From the NCBI RefSeq assembly GCF_009914755.1, contig NC_060928.1: DNA of 64,000 bases. One strand, 5' to 3'. A model generated the notes under the pieces. The model saw only the letters and a list, made by a program, of their open reading frames with translations, was not told where the DNA came from and ran no database searches. Positions 1-19,565 of this stretch are shown here, piece after piece. Both the position numbers and the translations under genes were made by a program. The stretch is from the human T2T-CHM13v2.0 reference genome, Homo sapiens. The first letter of the stretch is position 1, and every line of letters begins with the position of its first letter.

Positions 1-1445
<1,445 letters not shown>

Positions 1446-3332
1446 CTAGATATGTGCCCACTTATATGCTGCATATAATTCTGCTTACCTGGAACCATTT
1501 AAGTATGCATGTACTTGGGTATATAAGAGTAAATATGTGTATATAAACCTGTAGGCAGCACAGTCAGAACTGTGTTTACATATGCACATACACACATGAA
1601 TTAAGGATAAAAGATATAGAAAAGATGAGGGAAACAACTATCCTGAGCATTGCTAGATATTTCCAAAATAATTACGTATTAAAATTGAATTATCATTGCA
1701 GAGCCAAAACACAGCAGGGGGCAGAGTTCAGAAATGTTCCTCTAGGTCAGCTGTGCCAGTTCTGTAATCTGTGAGCAAATTACTCAAAATATAGCAGGGA
1801 CATAATTAAATATTTCAACACTATTGTCAACAGAATATATTAAGCACTTAACTCCTTAAAAAGACAATAATTGTAATAGTGGAATCCACTTTATACTAGT
1901 CATACTCAATTCAGCTTTTAAATGTTATCTATTTAAAATGGACAGTTATTACTTACAATATATATGTAAGTATAAATATATTTAATATGTATGTAAATAT
2001 ATGTGCTATATATACATTTATAATGAAAGTATACATATGATATACCTTTTAAAATCAATACATACTTAAATATTAAGTTAGCTCTCCCTCCTTCACTAAT
2101 ACTAGTCATTCTAGCATGCCTTATATCTACTCAATTTCTTTTCAATTTCAACATGAATTTAAAAGTTATTGCTTAAATCTAAGGAATTTAATATACACAA
2201 CAGAACTTTATAAATGTATTCAAAGAAAGGGTCTCTAGATCAATGCAAATTTTTTTCTTTAGATCATTACTAAAAACGCATAGTCAGGGTCAAAATAGAG
2301 CTGGAATTCTTTTTACCTATATTTAAAAAGTATGCAGTGAAAAGTATTCAGGCTCAACTAGATAAAGAAGCTTTACAGAGTGCTTTATCAGCTTCAATAA
2401 TTAAAAGATTTCCTGCTAACTATTCAATAAGAGTCTTCTTTATAGCTCTGCTTTGCAGTCAGTTCTTTCCATCACTTCCTTTGAAAAGTCTAATTAAAGT
2501 GGAAGGCTTTATTTCTATTCATTCCGTGTTTGCCATATTGGACATAGATACTAAAATAACTAATTAAAGACTATATTGGCTCTTTTTAAATTCTTGTCCT
2601 GTTGGAACTTTATGGGGTATGGGAGTGGAAGGAGAAGTATTTTCTCAGTTTTAGTTTTTAAAGTTGGTTTTTTATTGTCACTCTCTCAATATTAATTATC
2701 TTTTGGGTTAATGGAAGTAATATGGATAACTTTCTCCCTGATGCCTGTATTGATGCTGTAATAGGTGTTTTTTTTTTTAGAGTAACTGACTAGTGAAGAA
2801 TTGAAACTAAACACTTCAGAGCCCTTATATTCCCCTTGTTGTATTACTGGAGCATTACTTAAGCACTGCTAACTATCTTTTAAAAATATATTTGCTGTAG
2901 TGTTCAAAGAAACTTGCATGGAAAAAAAGCCATTTTCTACTTCCCAGAAACAGATGTTTTCTTTTTTGTGTGTATTTTCGTCTATATTTATAACCATACG
3001 TTTAAGATCATAATAATTATATGCTGTATATGGCTTACAAGGTTTTTCTTTTCCTTATTCTAATTATAAACTCTAGCCAGTAAGTGTCTCCATAAAGGTG
3101 ATACGCCTTTTATAGAATCAAGTGCTAAGATAAAGAATCTTAAAAGCTTATTTTTTACTGTTAGAATATAGGCAGTTGAAGGGTTAAAACAAGTCAACCA
3201 TAATTCAATGAGAACATTCTGGCCCTTACTACTTACTATCTTGAGAGAGTTATAATAGAGTAAGAAACATATTTATGCAAGTGAGTGTAATACAGGAAAG
3301 AATATGATGTTGTTAAGATGTAGTACAAAGTG

Positions 3333-3466
3333 GGCTGGGTGCGGTGACTTACGCCTGTAATCCCAGCACTTTGGGAGGCCGAGGCAGGCGGATCACGAGG
3401 TCAGGAGATCGAGACCATCCTGGCTAACACAGTGAAACCTGGTCTCTACTAAAAATACAAAAAAAA
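3333..3466 (+). mobile_element. AluY left monomer only, flanked by 12-bp TSD
   Basis: gatcacgaggtcaggagatcgagaccatcctggctaacac (AluY diagnostic); ends in ctactaaaaatacaaaaaaaa. TSD gtagtacaaagt at 3320-3331 and 3467-3478. Confidence 0.9.
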
Positions 3467-6400
3467 GTAGTACAAAGTATTTTAGAGGCACAGTGCTTTG
3501 TAGTTGATCAATGAAATACTTACAGAAGATTTCAAAATAAGATACATATGGATGTGTACTTGTATATATACCCCTATATGCATTTCCAGGAAAATGGAAT
3601 CATAAAGATTTGGATACAAAAAAATTATTTTCATTTATGTTTGGACATGAGGAAGGAAGAGACATACTCTAGAATTCTATCAGAAGATTGACATTGCTTG
3701 AGCAACTGCTCAGTCATACCTCTGAGAATAGTCATTTTAAATAAAATGACAACTTTTAAGAAATACTCCATATTCAGGCAAAGTTCCAATGACGTAATGG
3801 TCAGAAATCTTAAGTTGATGCATTTTAGAAAAAGCCAAGGATACCTTCTTTGAAGATATAGTTTGCTTTAATTTTATTTTAAGTTCCATGAAGGTAGGAA
3901 TTTTTTCTTTTTTGTTTGATGATTCATCCAAAGCACCTAAAACAATAGCTTTTACACAGTAGCTACTCAGTAAATACTTATTGAACAAATGTTGAATGAA
4001 ACTCTTGGCACATATTTTGGTTTCAATCCATTCCTGATGGCCAGACAACTGGGCAGAATCATGGACTGAATTCTTTAAAAAAAAAATCCGTAGGAATCAA
4101 TGCAGTACAGAGGATAAAACACAAAACTGAAAGTCAAGACATTTGAGTTCCACTGATAATAACTAGTTGTAAGATGATGGTCAAATCATTTAATCTTCCA
4201 TCCAAGAACATTCTTTCTCTTCTCAAATTCTATGAGTCAATTTTCAGCCCCACTTATAACTCTTAAAATTTCATAGAAGGTTATCCAAGCTTTTCATGCA
4301 TCAAATTGTCCTTGTGATAAAGATAAATCATAGCTGATGATGGATGATTAAATAAGGAAATATAAAAATTCTTTGAAAGCTTTTGGATGATAATATTTAT
4401 ATATTATACGAAATATAAATGTTATATATATTAAGTATATCTATGTGAAGAAAATGTGACAATTCCATTCAGTTATGTAATAACATTTTAACTTTGATAA
4501 TATATTACAAATATTTCAGATTAACATAAACACTTAAAAGAGAAAAAACACTTAAGATTTATTTTCTTCCCTATAGATCTAGCTATCTATATATATTAAG
4601 TTGAATCTAACTCAATTTTACAAGTTTGACAAGATAAACAGAAGAATCTGATACAAACTTATGTAGATTAAGCAACTGCAAATTTGTGAAAAGTTATTTT
4701 TTCTAATCTTGGGTTAGAATAAAACCAGAAGACAATGGTAGATTTTATTTCAATCCAAGGGACTTTTTTTTTTAAGGAGAAAACTGCTAAATGCTCCAAA
4801 GGCTCATCTTTTTATAGATAAAGTGATTTTTTTTCTTGCCCACATCATAGCTTTTATGGTATTTTGGATTTTCATTTTCAATTCACAGAAGGGCTACTTC
4901 CGCTCACAAGGCAGTGTTACACATTTTCAAACAATGAAAAATTACAAGGCATCAATCAGATCCATAGGGAAATTGAGTTTCTATGATGAAATCTATAGTT
5001 TTACTACACACTTAATAAATACTTAATACTAATGATGATCTCATACCCACTCATCACTGGACCTAAATGTTTGCTGCAATATCCTCCACATGATTCCAAT
5101 AGTCTGAGCAAGACTCACAAAAGCCAGGTCACTAAGCAAATACACAGTGCAGTATGGCATGGGCAGTTAGTTCCAGCAGATAGAACAAGCATCTTTTCCT
5201 GGACATTTCCTGTGCAGTCTGATTGACTCCCTGATGTTTCCCATTCACTCCAAGCTGCTTTTTCCCTCCTCCATTCAAAATTGCAGAATTCTCTCCCTGG
5301 TCTCAAGCTGCTGTCTCTATTCTTAAACTATATGCTCAACTTCCTACCACCCCACCTTATTTTTTGATGAAGTCTGTTTCATCATAGAATCCTTAAATAA
5401 CAAATCTCATAGAAAAGAGTCTACTCTGCTCCTGTGTATAACATTAGATTTTAATGATATGAAAGAACAAAGTCCAATAGTTGGTTTGGAGAGTGAGAGC
5501 CCCCAAAAAAAATGACTACAAGAAGAGAACAAATGAGTACATATTAAGAAATTTCCATTGCAGGCCATTCATTCCTGATAGTTGTAGCTCTCTATCTCAT
5601 TTTAAATGATAGGCAGCCTCAATCAACTTTTGATGCAATATTAAAAAGAATAGGAAACAATGATTATGTAGCAACCAAGGTCTTAGATGGTCCAGAAACC
5701 TTATATTAATCTCTTCCCCTACCAAAATTTGAGGCCAAACATGCTAAAGCATGTAGAGTTTGCTCATTTAATTTTACCTCCTTTCATTTTCTCTTTTCAT
5801 TCTTTGAATAAAATGACAATATTTCACGAAACAGTCAGGAAGTAAATACAGAATAATAGAAAAGAAAATGGTCACAGACACCTGCTGGGCATTTTCTATA
5901 CACCAGGTACTGTACTGAGAATTTTGCACATATTGGAATGATGCATCTGTATGCTTCACAAACTGATATCATTAAATGGACCCTGCTTGCAAGAAGCAAA
6001 CTCCAAACACCTTCTTTCAGGTTATTGGTTAGTCATATAAGAATCAGCAAACATGAACTTTCTTTTTTCCATCAAGTCAAAAGGGCAAAAGGAGGAAAGT
6101 TTAATCACTACATAGTAATCTCATAAAATGTAGAGTTCTGCGTAAACATAAGTCACCTAAAAAATCTCTATGATGGGACTAATAGATACCTTCAATGGGT
6201 TTATAAACCTCCAGTGCTTTGTGTTACAGAGCATAGCAAGAACAACATATTCGTTGTTGTTGTTGTTGCTGCTGCTGCTGTTTTCTCCTCCCAGTGAACA
6301 GTTTGGCTGTGCAATTTATAGGATGAACACAAGATATGTTTGCATCCTGAGATTTGCCAGTAAAACATTCTCAAGTCCTTTATTAATCCCCATTTTTAAA

Positions 6401-7233
6401 AATTCAGATCATTCTAATTATACTCCATCACTCAACGAAGTTTTACAGGAAATCAAAGAATTTGTTTTCAATGACTGAGGACAATTAAACTTGGTTGAGT
6501 CTGAAACTTTGTGATGTGTATTTCAAAGGTCTTTCTCAATAAATTTTTAGGTTGTGGTGTATTTATCAGCCTAACAAAAGGATTAATATAGCTCCTAAAA
6601 AGGGATAAAATATTAAATAGTCAAAAAGGGATCGAATATTAAAAAATGTAAGTTAGGTAATGGATGGATCAAAGTGTCAATAAAATTGAAGACATTCTTA
6701 GCAACTTAAATACTTTGAATTGGGTGGTTAGAATTTGTTCACCAGGCTAACTATGTGTGCAGGAAGAATTTTTATATTTCAGGAATGTCTAGGTTAACAA
6801 AAGCTAAATATTCAGATGTAATAAAGGAAATAGTTTTTAGTCCTGGTGTCTAAAGTGAAAAAGCATTAATTCAAATCCCAACTCCACCACTGATGAGCTG
6901 TTGATCTTATCAAACCTTTTAGGCCTCAGCTTCTTTTTCTGTCAAATTGTTATAATAATGGTATCTACTCTCTGTGATTGGTGTGAGTATTGGAAATAAT
7001 GTATATAAGATACTTAGCATAGTGTCTGTCAAGTCATAAAAATGCAATAAAAGTTAGTTGCTGTTGTAACTGTATACTTTTAGCATGTTTGTCTTTAAAA
7101 GACCTATAATTTATTTATTTAATTGCTAAAATTTGTCTCCATTTTTCTTGTTCAGAGATTGTTTTATTTAATCTTCATAATAACAGGATTAAGTGAGAAG
7201 AGTAAATTCTCTAATTTCTAATTCTATAGTTGA

Positions 7234-7584
<351 letters not shown>

Positions 7585-10042
7585 TAATATTATACTAAGT
7601 ACTAGTTATTTATTTACTATATACTTTATACCTTATCACATTTAACCCCACCCCAAGGTTATATGCTAGTTATTACTCATGAATTACAGATGAGAGAATC
7701 AAGGAAATTATTCAGAATCATATCACTAGTGAGTTACGGACCAGGAACTTTAACACAAATTTCTAAACTCAGAAACATATTCTATGTTATTTCTAATAAA
7801 TATGGCCTTATCACTAATCAACACATCAGTGTCACTTCAAACACATATCTAGAATCAAGTTCATACTCTTCACACCTTCTAATCTTTGTGTCCCCCCAAA
7901 AAAGAAACTATCTCCTAGATTCTTCATCTATATTAATGGTTTTACAATCCACCCAATCACTCAAACTGAAAACTGCCAGTTGGCCTTGGCCTCCCACTTT
8001 CTCACCACCCATATTTATGGATCACTTCCTGAGAGTTCTCTCTGGACGGACTTGCAGCTCTGTCTCCTGCTCTCCATCTCCACTGTTATAACCTAAGGTA
8101 CTCATCATCTCTGCCTCATATTTTATCATACACTAGTTCCTTATTCTGGAGAATTGAATACCTTTACAAACAAAGCAGCCATACCTATCTTTCTAATGCA
8201 TAGATCTATTTGTTTCCCCTACTAAAAAGTTTTCAATGTCTCTTCATTGCCTTCAGAGAAAATTCTAAACTTCTTCCAAACAGATACTGAAAACCATGTA
8301 ACCACCCCAGGTTATCCCACTCCAACTTCTCTGTGTTCTGGGTACAGTGGTAAGTGGTGTTTCTTAAACATATTTACATCTACTTACTGTTTTTATGATT
8401 TTCTCTTTGTCTGATATGACTTTCATCAATTGGATAGGGTAAGCTTCAACACATTATTCAAAGACCAAGCCATCCTCCACTTAGCCCCTACCAGAATGAA
8501 TCATGTGTTTTTCCATAGTGTTTTATACCTGTTGCTGATAGAACTTCATTCATCCTATGCTATTACGGTCAGTCATTACCATGTGAGTAACTCTTGAGCA
8601 GGGGCCATCATTTAAGAATATTAGTATTACCAAAATATCACATGGGAAATACTTAATAATTTTTGAGAAATAAATGAATAAATTACATATTAAATACATA
8701 AATGGTGAAACCAAGAATTATATTGCAAATATTAAACAGCTGCATTTTACAGACACAGGCAAATCAGAATGAAAGCACAGATCAATAAAAATGGGCCCAG
8801 ACCAGGAGATTAGGGTATGGACCAATCAGAATTGATGTTAGCTACACACAACCAGCTTGGACTGACCATAGTGACCATATACTTGCACCAGGTGCAGCTC
8901 ATGTCACTTAATTCTATGCAATATAATTTTTTCAATGGCTTTTATGAACTTTTAATTCTATTTAAGATAATTTTTCAATGGCTTTTATGAACTTACTATT
9001 TCCCCCAGGGGATATAAAGATACCATCAATATGTATAATTTGAGTAAATTCAGTAGTTTGACTAATGGATCGATGTAATAGCAAATAATTTATTACCTGC
9101 CCTCTGTGCATCAATCTCACTTTGAGGTAACCAAGCCTTCTTAGTTGAGTAAGACATAAACCCTGTCTTCTGGGAATCATATATTACAGAATCTTCTCGA
9201 TTTTTATTCTATTATTTAGTAAAATAACAAACTGGTAACCAATTAAAGGCAGACTACATTCTTCACAATATCTGATTTGATTTGTTTCTTTAAAGGGAGA
9301 GTCCATTCTAACGAACATACTATCACCACTTCCAAGGCTCTCTGTCAACATACAAACATTCTTTCCATTAGAATGATCCTCCTTGACGAGGGTGGTTTCA
9401 GGCAATAAAATGAGTTACTGTTGAAATGTGAATGATGAAGACATTAAACATATTTAAAAGACACGAAATGAGTCCTACAGAAGTTTGGCTACCATCCAGA
9501 TTCACTTTTTCCTCAAACTTCTGTAATATTCAAAAAGGACAAATACTCCTGATTTTAAACCCACCATGCTATTTCCAGGGAGCCATGACTGCTAGGTAAA
9601 ATGTTCAAGCGCATGCGGGATTGTCATCTTCCTGAGGTGGAGTAGAGACAATCCTTGCAATGGGAAGGAAGATAGACTAGGCAGCCAACCTCCTTTACAG
9701 AGCTAAGGTCATAATTTCATGGCCTATAATTTTATGTTGCATCGTATCTTCATAGGTAGTTACTTATTATGCTTTTAACTTAAATATGTGTCACACATAT
9801 TCTTTTGTAGGTATGTAATATTTTATTAATTTTTTAAAAAATATGCAGCTAACTCGTGGAATATACTATTAGGAAGTCATAAAAACATTACCAAATTACA
9901 TGTAATTTCTCTTCTCTATGTCCTTCATTGGGTTACCTGTTGATCCTTTAATCAAAGCCTTGTAATTACGAAAAGAGACGCTACATGAGTGCCCATATGA
10001 AGGTGATTAAAGGGAGAAAATAAGAGACCGAGAGAGGAATGA

Positions 10043-14554
<4,512 letters not shown>

Positions 14555-14833
14555 CGTTCCAGAGTTTTTAATAAGAATATCTGGGAGCTAAAGAAGAGTG
14601 CATTTAGTCAGCAAGCCACTTATGGATCCGCTGAATAAAATATCAAGTTCTAGTAAATTTCAATCTACAGACAGGAGATCCAGGATGAGACAAGACTGAA
14701 AAACCTCTAAATTCAGATTACAGTTTAGAAAAGAAATAAAATCTCTGGATTTCCAGGTATTACTGGAATAACACCACCTCTATACTCCAACAGTGTCGTA
14801 TGTCTTCTTCAATACTATTTCTGCTACCTGTGA

Positions 14834-15160
<327 letters not shown>

Positions 15161-15289
15161 TAGGAGCTTCTTTTGTACTTACTGCGTAACACTCTGCACT
15201 TTGATTTATGGCACCCAATGCATGTATAATTAAATGGTTCAGCTTCAGCATCTATCTCTGAAATTGTGGACATGCAATTTCCAGGACAG

Positions 15290-15428
15290 CAGAGAGACTG
15301 TGCTTTCTTTTCATCCCTGTGTCTCTAGGGCCTAATACAGAGCCTGGCACATTAGGCAATACTCAATAAATATATTAAGTATATGAATGATGAATGAGTG
15401 AATGAATGAATGCATGAATACATAAATA
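15290..15428 (+). mobile_element. L2 3' end
   Basis: gcctggcacattaggcaatactcaataaatat...(gaat)n, typical L2 tail. Confidence 0.65.
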
Positions 15429-15759
15429 AGTTGCCTCTGGACCATCCAAGCAGATATATTTAGTAGACCACTGGAATTATCATTCTGAGTGCGAAAGAGA
15501 GATTAGGGATGGCAATAAAGATTGAAGAGTCATCAGGTTACAAGTGGTAGTGAAATTCATAGGAGAGAATAAATCTCTTAGGAAGAGTAAAATTGCAGAA
15601 GACTGAAGACAAACAAGGGATGTAGATCTCATGGAAACAATTCAGAAAACTTCCTCAGAAAATATGAGTGCAGCCTAGATAGTAGTTAAGAACTCAGATT
15701 GTTTTAGTCACACTGACTTTTAATCCCATCTCCAGGTCATATGGTGTGAACTAGGTAAG

Positions 15760-16439
15760 TGTGGAGCTCAGCTGTGCTGGAGACAGCTAAGCTGCCAGGT
15801 CTCAGAGCAGCTGATTAAAACAACAAGCCAAAAAATAAAAGCGACAATCAAGCCTTTAATCTCTTCCTGCAGTAGTGTAATCAACAGGCTGAACTGGAGA
15901 GCCAAGAGAGCATTGGCTCCCCCCAATCCCATTGCACTTGCCCATGGAAGATCACATTGGTCAAGATGAGGTAGATCAGCACAGATATTGGGGTCATCTT
16001 ATTGCTGAGGGAGCCCCAAACAAAAGGCTTAAGCAGGGCAGGGGGTTGACAAGAAAACAACGGAAAAGAGCCAGGAGTGGAAAAGTACTGAGTACTGAGT
16101 CAGAGTAGGGACAAATGTCAAGTTTTTCCCTTTCTTCCCTGTAAGGTGGTTTCAGCAGAGGCACCTGAAGGTGGCCCCTGCCAAAGGCTCCAAACAAAGA
16201 GAGCTCTGAATGATGGCACTGGGGGTAGGAATGCAAATATGCATAAACTATGGTCTGCCAGGGAGGCCTGAGGCCTTGACTGCAACTCCCTTTAGAAACT
16301 GTGCCGCGCTGGCTGCACACCAAGCCCGGCGTGGGGAGGGCAGTTTCCCCGTGACACCTGCTGGGCAAAGCTTTCGTCACTGACTATAGTTGGCCCTGAA
16401 AATCACTCACAGGTTTTTGGCCAGGAAGCAGACTGCTCA
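15760..16439 (-). mobile_element. Solo LTR, ERVL class (possibly MER70-type), inserted in a MIR
   Basis: TG...CA termini; perfect 5-bp TSD gtaag (15755-15759 and 16440-16444); GC-rich body. The MIR core ...aggtaag|ttacttgaactctct rejoins across it. Strand and subfamily are tentative. Confidence 0.7.
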
Positions 16440-19367
16440 GTAAGTTACTTGAACTCTCTAAATCTCAATGTCCTGATCTATGCCTACCTCGTGATTTGTA
16501 AAAAAACTTTGCTAAATTCTTGGCATATATGCAGTGCTCCATAAATGAGAACCCACAGGAGCAGGTTGAGGCGCAGGGGCACCACTGAGACTAAGAGAAC
16601 AGAGGCCAAGAAGGTCATGACTGAAAATCATCTGTTGCAGTCGACAACTGAGTTGTTAGTGACCTTGGGAGAGTAGATTCAGTGGAGCAAAGACAATGAA
16701 AATTAGAGCGCAATAGGTTATCAGCAAATGGAAGGCAAGGGAGAGCGGACAGGAATCATCCACTAGTCTATGAAGATGTTGGTGACAATGAGAACGTGTG
16801 TGCAGCTGATGAAGATACATGAGACTGTACAGCTGTCATCTGATTTGTAAGGAATTTGTCCCCTGAATGCCCTTAAACCACAATAAAATCATTAGTATGG
16901 TTTTAAAAGCTAACTGAGTACATTGTTTTAGAGAAGATGGAGACTACAGCAAGGCAGGGAAGAGAAAAAGCCCCAGGACCTGGGGTGAAGCCTTCTAAGC
17001 AGAGTCAGTGACAGCTGAGTCACGCAGAGGACTCTGATGTCACCACAGAGCTTGTGGTATGCAGACTCATTCCAGATGGGCAGGCTTTCCTTCAGGATCC
17101 CTCACTTATCTCTTCTCCTCTCTAAAAGACTAGACACTTTCCACCACTACTAGCCCTCTTTCTGTACATCTGTCAGCTTTTATCCCCAGAAAGCCTGGGC
17201 CTTGACAGTCCTCATCCCTGTTGCTCTCTGTTTCTGTAAGCCAAGTTTTGCTTCTGTTCAGCAGACTGAGAAACATCACAGACCCGTCTTCGCACAGAAT
17301 CCAGCAAGGATAGGATCTCTTCTCCTGACTCAACCAGAAATAAATTTACATAATTTATTACACATTAATATTTTTGAAACTAAGGACAGACCGTGGTTCC
17401 TCTGTAAAGACTGAAGCATCAAGAAAAATCAGCAGCTATTCTAAAGAGGCAAAAACATAAAACCCCCATCAGAATCCCATTACAGTACTGAGACCATAGG
17501 AGAAAGCTAACATGCATATCATAGATTTTCCATGGAGGATGTGAATCCATAGCATAGTGAGGCCTATGTAAGAGGATTTATTATACTTTTTATGTGACAA
17601 TAATATTTCCAGGGCTTTCAGGTACACCTAGTACAAAGGCTTTTCCTAGTACTAAAATGCCACAAGAGACACATGAAGCTCAGTAACTCTTTAAGTTGTA
17701 GCTTAAATCACCCAGATTTTTGCATTTGAAAGAAAGCATAGAATGCATGCACAATCAATGTAAAGTATTACATAAAATAATTTAATCATATACAACTCAG
17801 CAGGTTTATGCCTGCTGCCATTTCTCTCCTGTTTCTTTAGTAGACTATCATTTTCTGCCTCTGCTGTTTACAGGAATATATTTTATTTCAAAAGCAAGAT
17901 TTTTCTTGGCACTCAACTCATCCATGACTTTATTGTTGAATTTTTTTTAATGTTATAACTCAACTCTTTGTGTGGTTAAAATGGCTGAGGCTCTTTTATG
18001 TTGTTCTTATGTTTTCTTCCCCCATCAAGCATTCTGACCGCTGCTGTCAAAATCTGATAATAAATGAAGATTTCTCCCACAGTGGACCTCTTATAACCAT
18101 GGCAACTCCATCAGCAGCTAATGGTCACATTACAAAAATGCTTTTGAAAAAGGCAGCTTCTCACATTGCTTTAGTACAAATGTCCTTTCCTTACCTTCTC
18201 TCCATAATAATTCTAAGAAAACAACACATCCCAAGCAAACATTTGCTTTGTTGTGCATATGTGGGGTCACTTTAAAAAATAAAAAAAAAAAAAGAAGAGA
18301 AACTACAAATAATAAAAGAGAAAGATTATTTGAAAGCATGGCACTAAAGTAGGAAATGATACTGATGGCTTAGCAGCATTAACAACATATTTGTATTGTT
18401 TTTACAACTGAAGTCAATGCAGCTATTGCTTCTTAAGAATTTGATAATTTTTATTGCTGTTACTTCACCCTACCATCAAATTAGGGAGGCTTTCTAAAAT
18501 GCTTATTTTAGGTTTCATATGAATTGTCTCTGAGCAATTGGTCACTTGTGGGAAATGCAGCTATATGTACACACTGATATATCTTCTTTTCTGTCTGAGA
18601 CTTTCATGTGCTTTTATATATCCTTGAAAAAACCCCATAGGAGAATTAGCATATGGACTTTTCAGCCTGCCTCACACAGGTTCACAACAGAAATTCCTGT
18701 CTGAGCTCTGCTCTTAGACACTCAAAAGTGCTCTGGCTTCCTTATTTACAAAGTAGATCAAAACTAGTTTCTAACATAGAAATTTTCTCCAAGTGCCTGC
18801 TTCTGAAATGGCCTGCCTGTTAAAACAAAGGAGGATGTTTTCCACATTAACTTCTTGTTAAAATGATGTATCTGTCTGAATGGAAATAATAGGCATTCAG
18901 ATAGAGTTCTCTATCTCCATCCATATGTCACTCTGTCTGTCTACCTACCTACCTGTCTATAAATACCTACCCAAGGAAAGAGACTTCCTCAAATCCCAAA
19001 CATTTCAGTGCTTGAGTTTTGTTTTGTTTTGTTTTCCCCCAATTTGCTTTCAAATATCAATCGTGATCAAAAAGTAACCACAGATTAGAACTCAGTGTCA
19101 GATTTCCAAATCTGCAGGATCTGTTGATGCTAATGACACTAATATTAGGTACATTTCATAAATGTAAATAATTCTCTCCCTCTAAGGTTTTCAGAACTAA
19201 ATGGTCTATGTAGGACAGACCTAAGAGTAGGAATGCCCCAGGCCACAGAGCAAGCAGCAAAGCTATTTTATTAACCTTAATTACAATTTGATTTTTACCT
19301 TGCCCAAAACCTGCTTTTTTAAAACTCTTCTTAAATGTATCCTTTCTCTATAAAGGTCCTTTAATCA

Positions 19368-19565
19368 TGGTGGATAGGCTTTATAGTTAAGACCTCCTTA
19401 GATTTGCATTGAAACTCTGCTTCTTTCTGCTGGTAAACTGGGCAAGTTACTCAAACTCACTTAATGTCAAAGCATTTATTTGTAAAACCAGAATGATAAA
19501 AGTTCTCCCTCAGAGGATAGCTGAGAACAATAGTTGGCTTAATACATATGAAAACACCCAGCTCT
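19368..19565 (+). mobile_element. MIR
   Basis: MIR core ctgggcaagttactcaaactc...tttgtaaaaccagaatgataa. Confidence 0.65.

Noticed and set aside
6253-6282. (GTT)5(GCT)4 compound triplet repeat and the poly-Leu ORF 6170..6478
   Set aside because: Too short to be unstable; the ORF's hydrophobic run is just the microsatellite.
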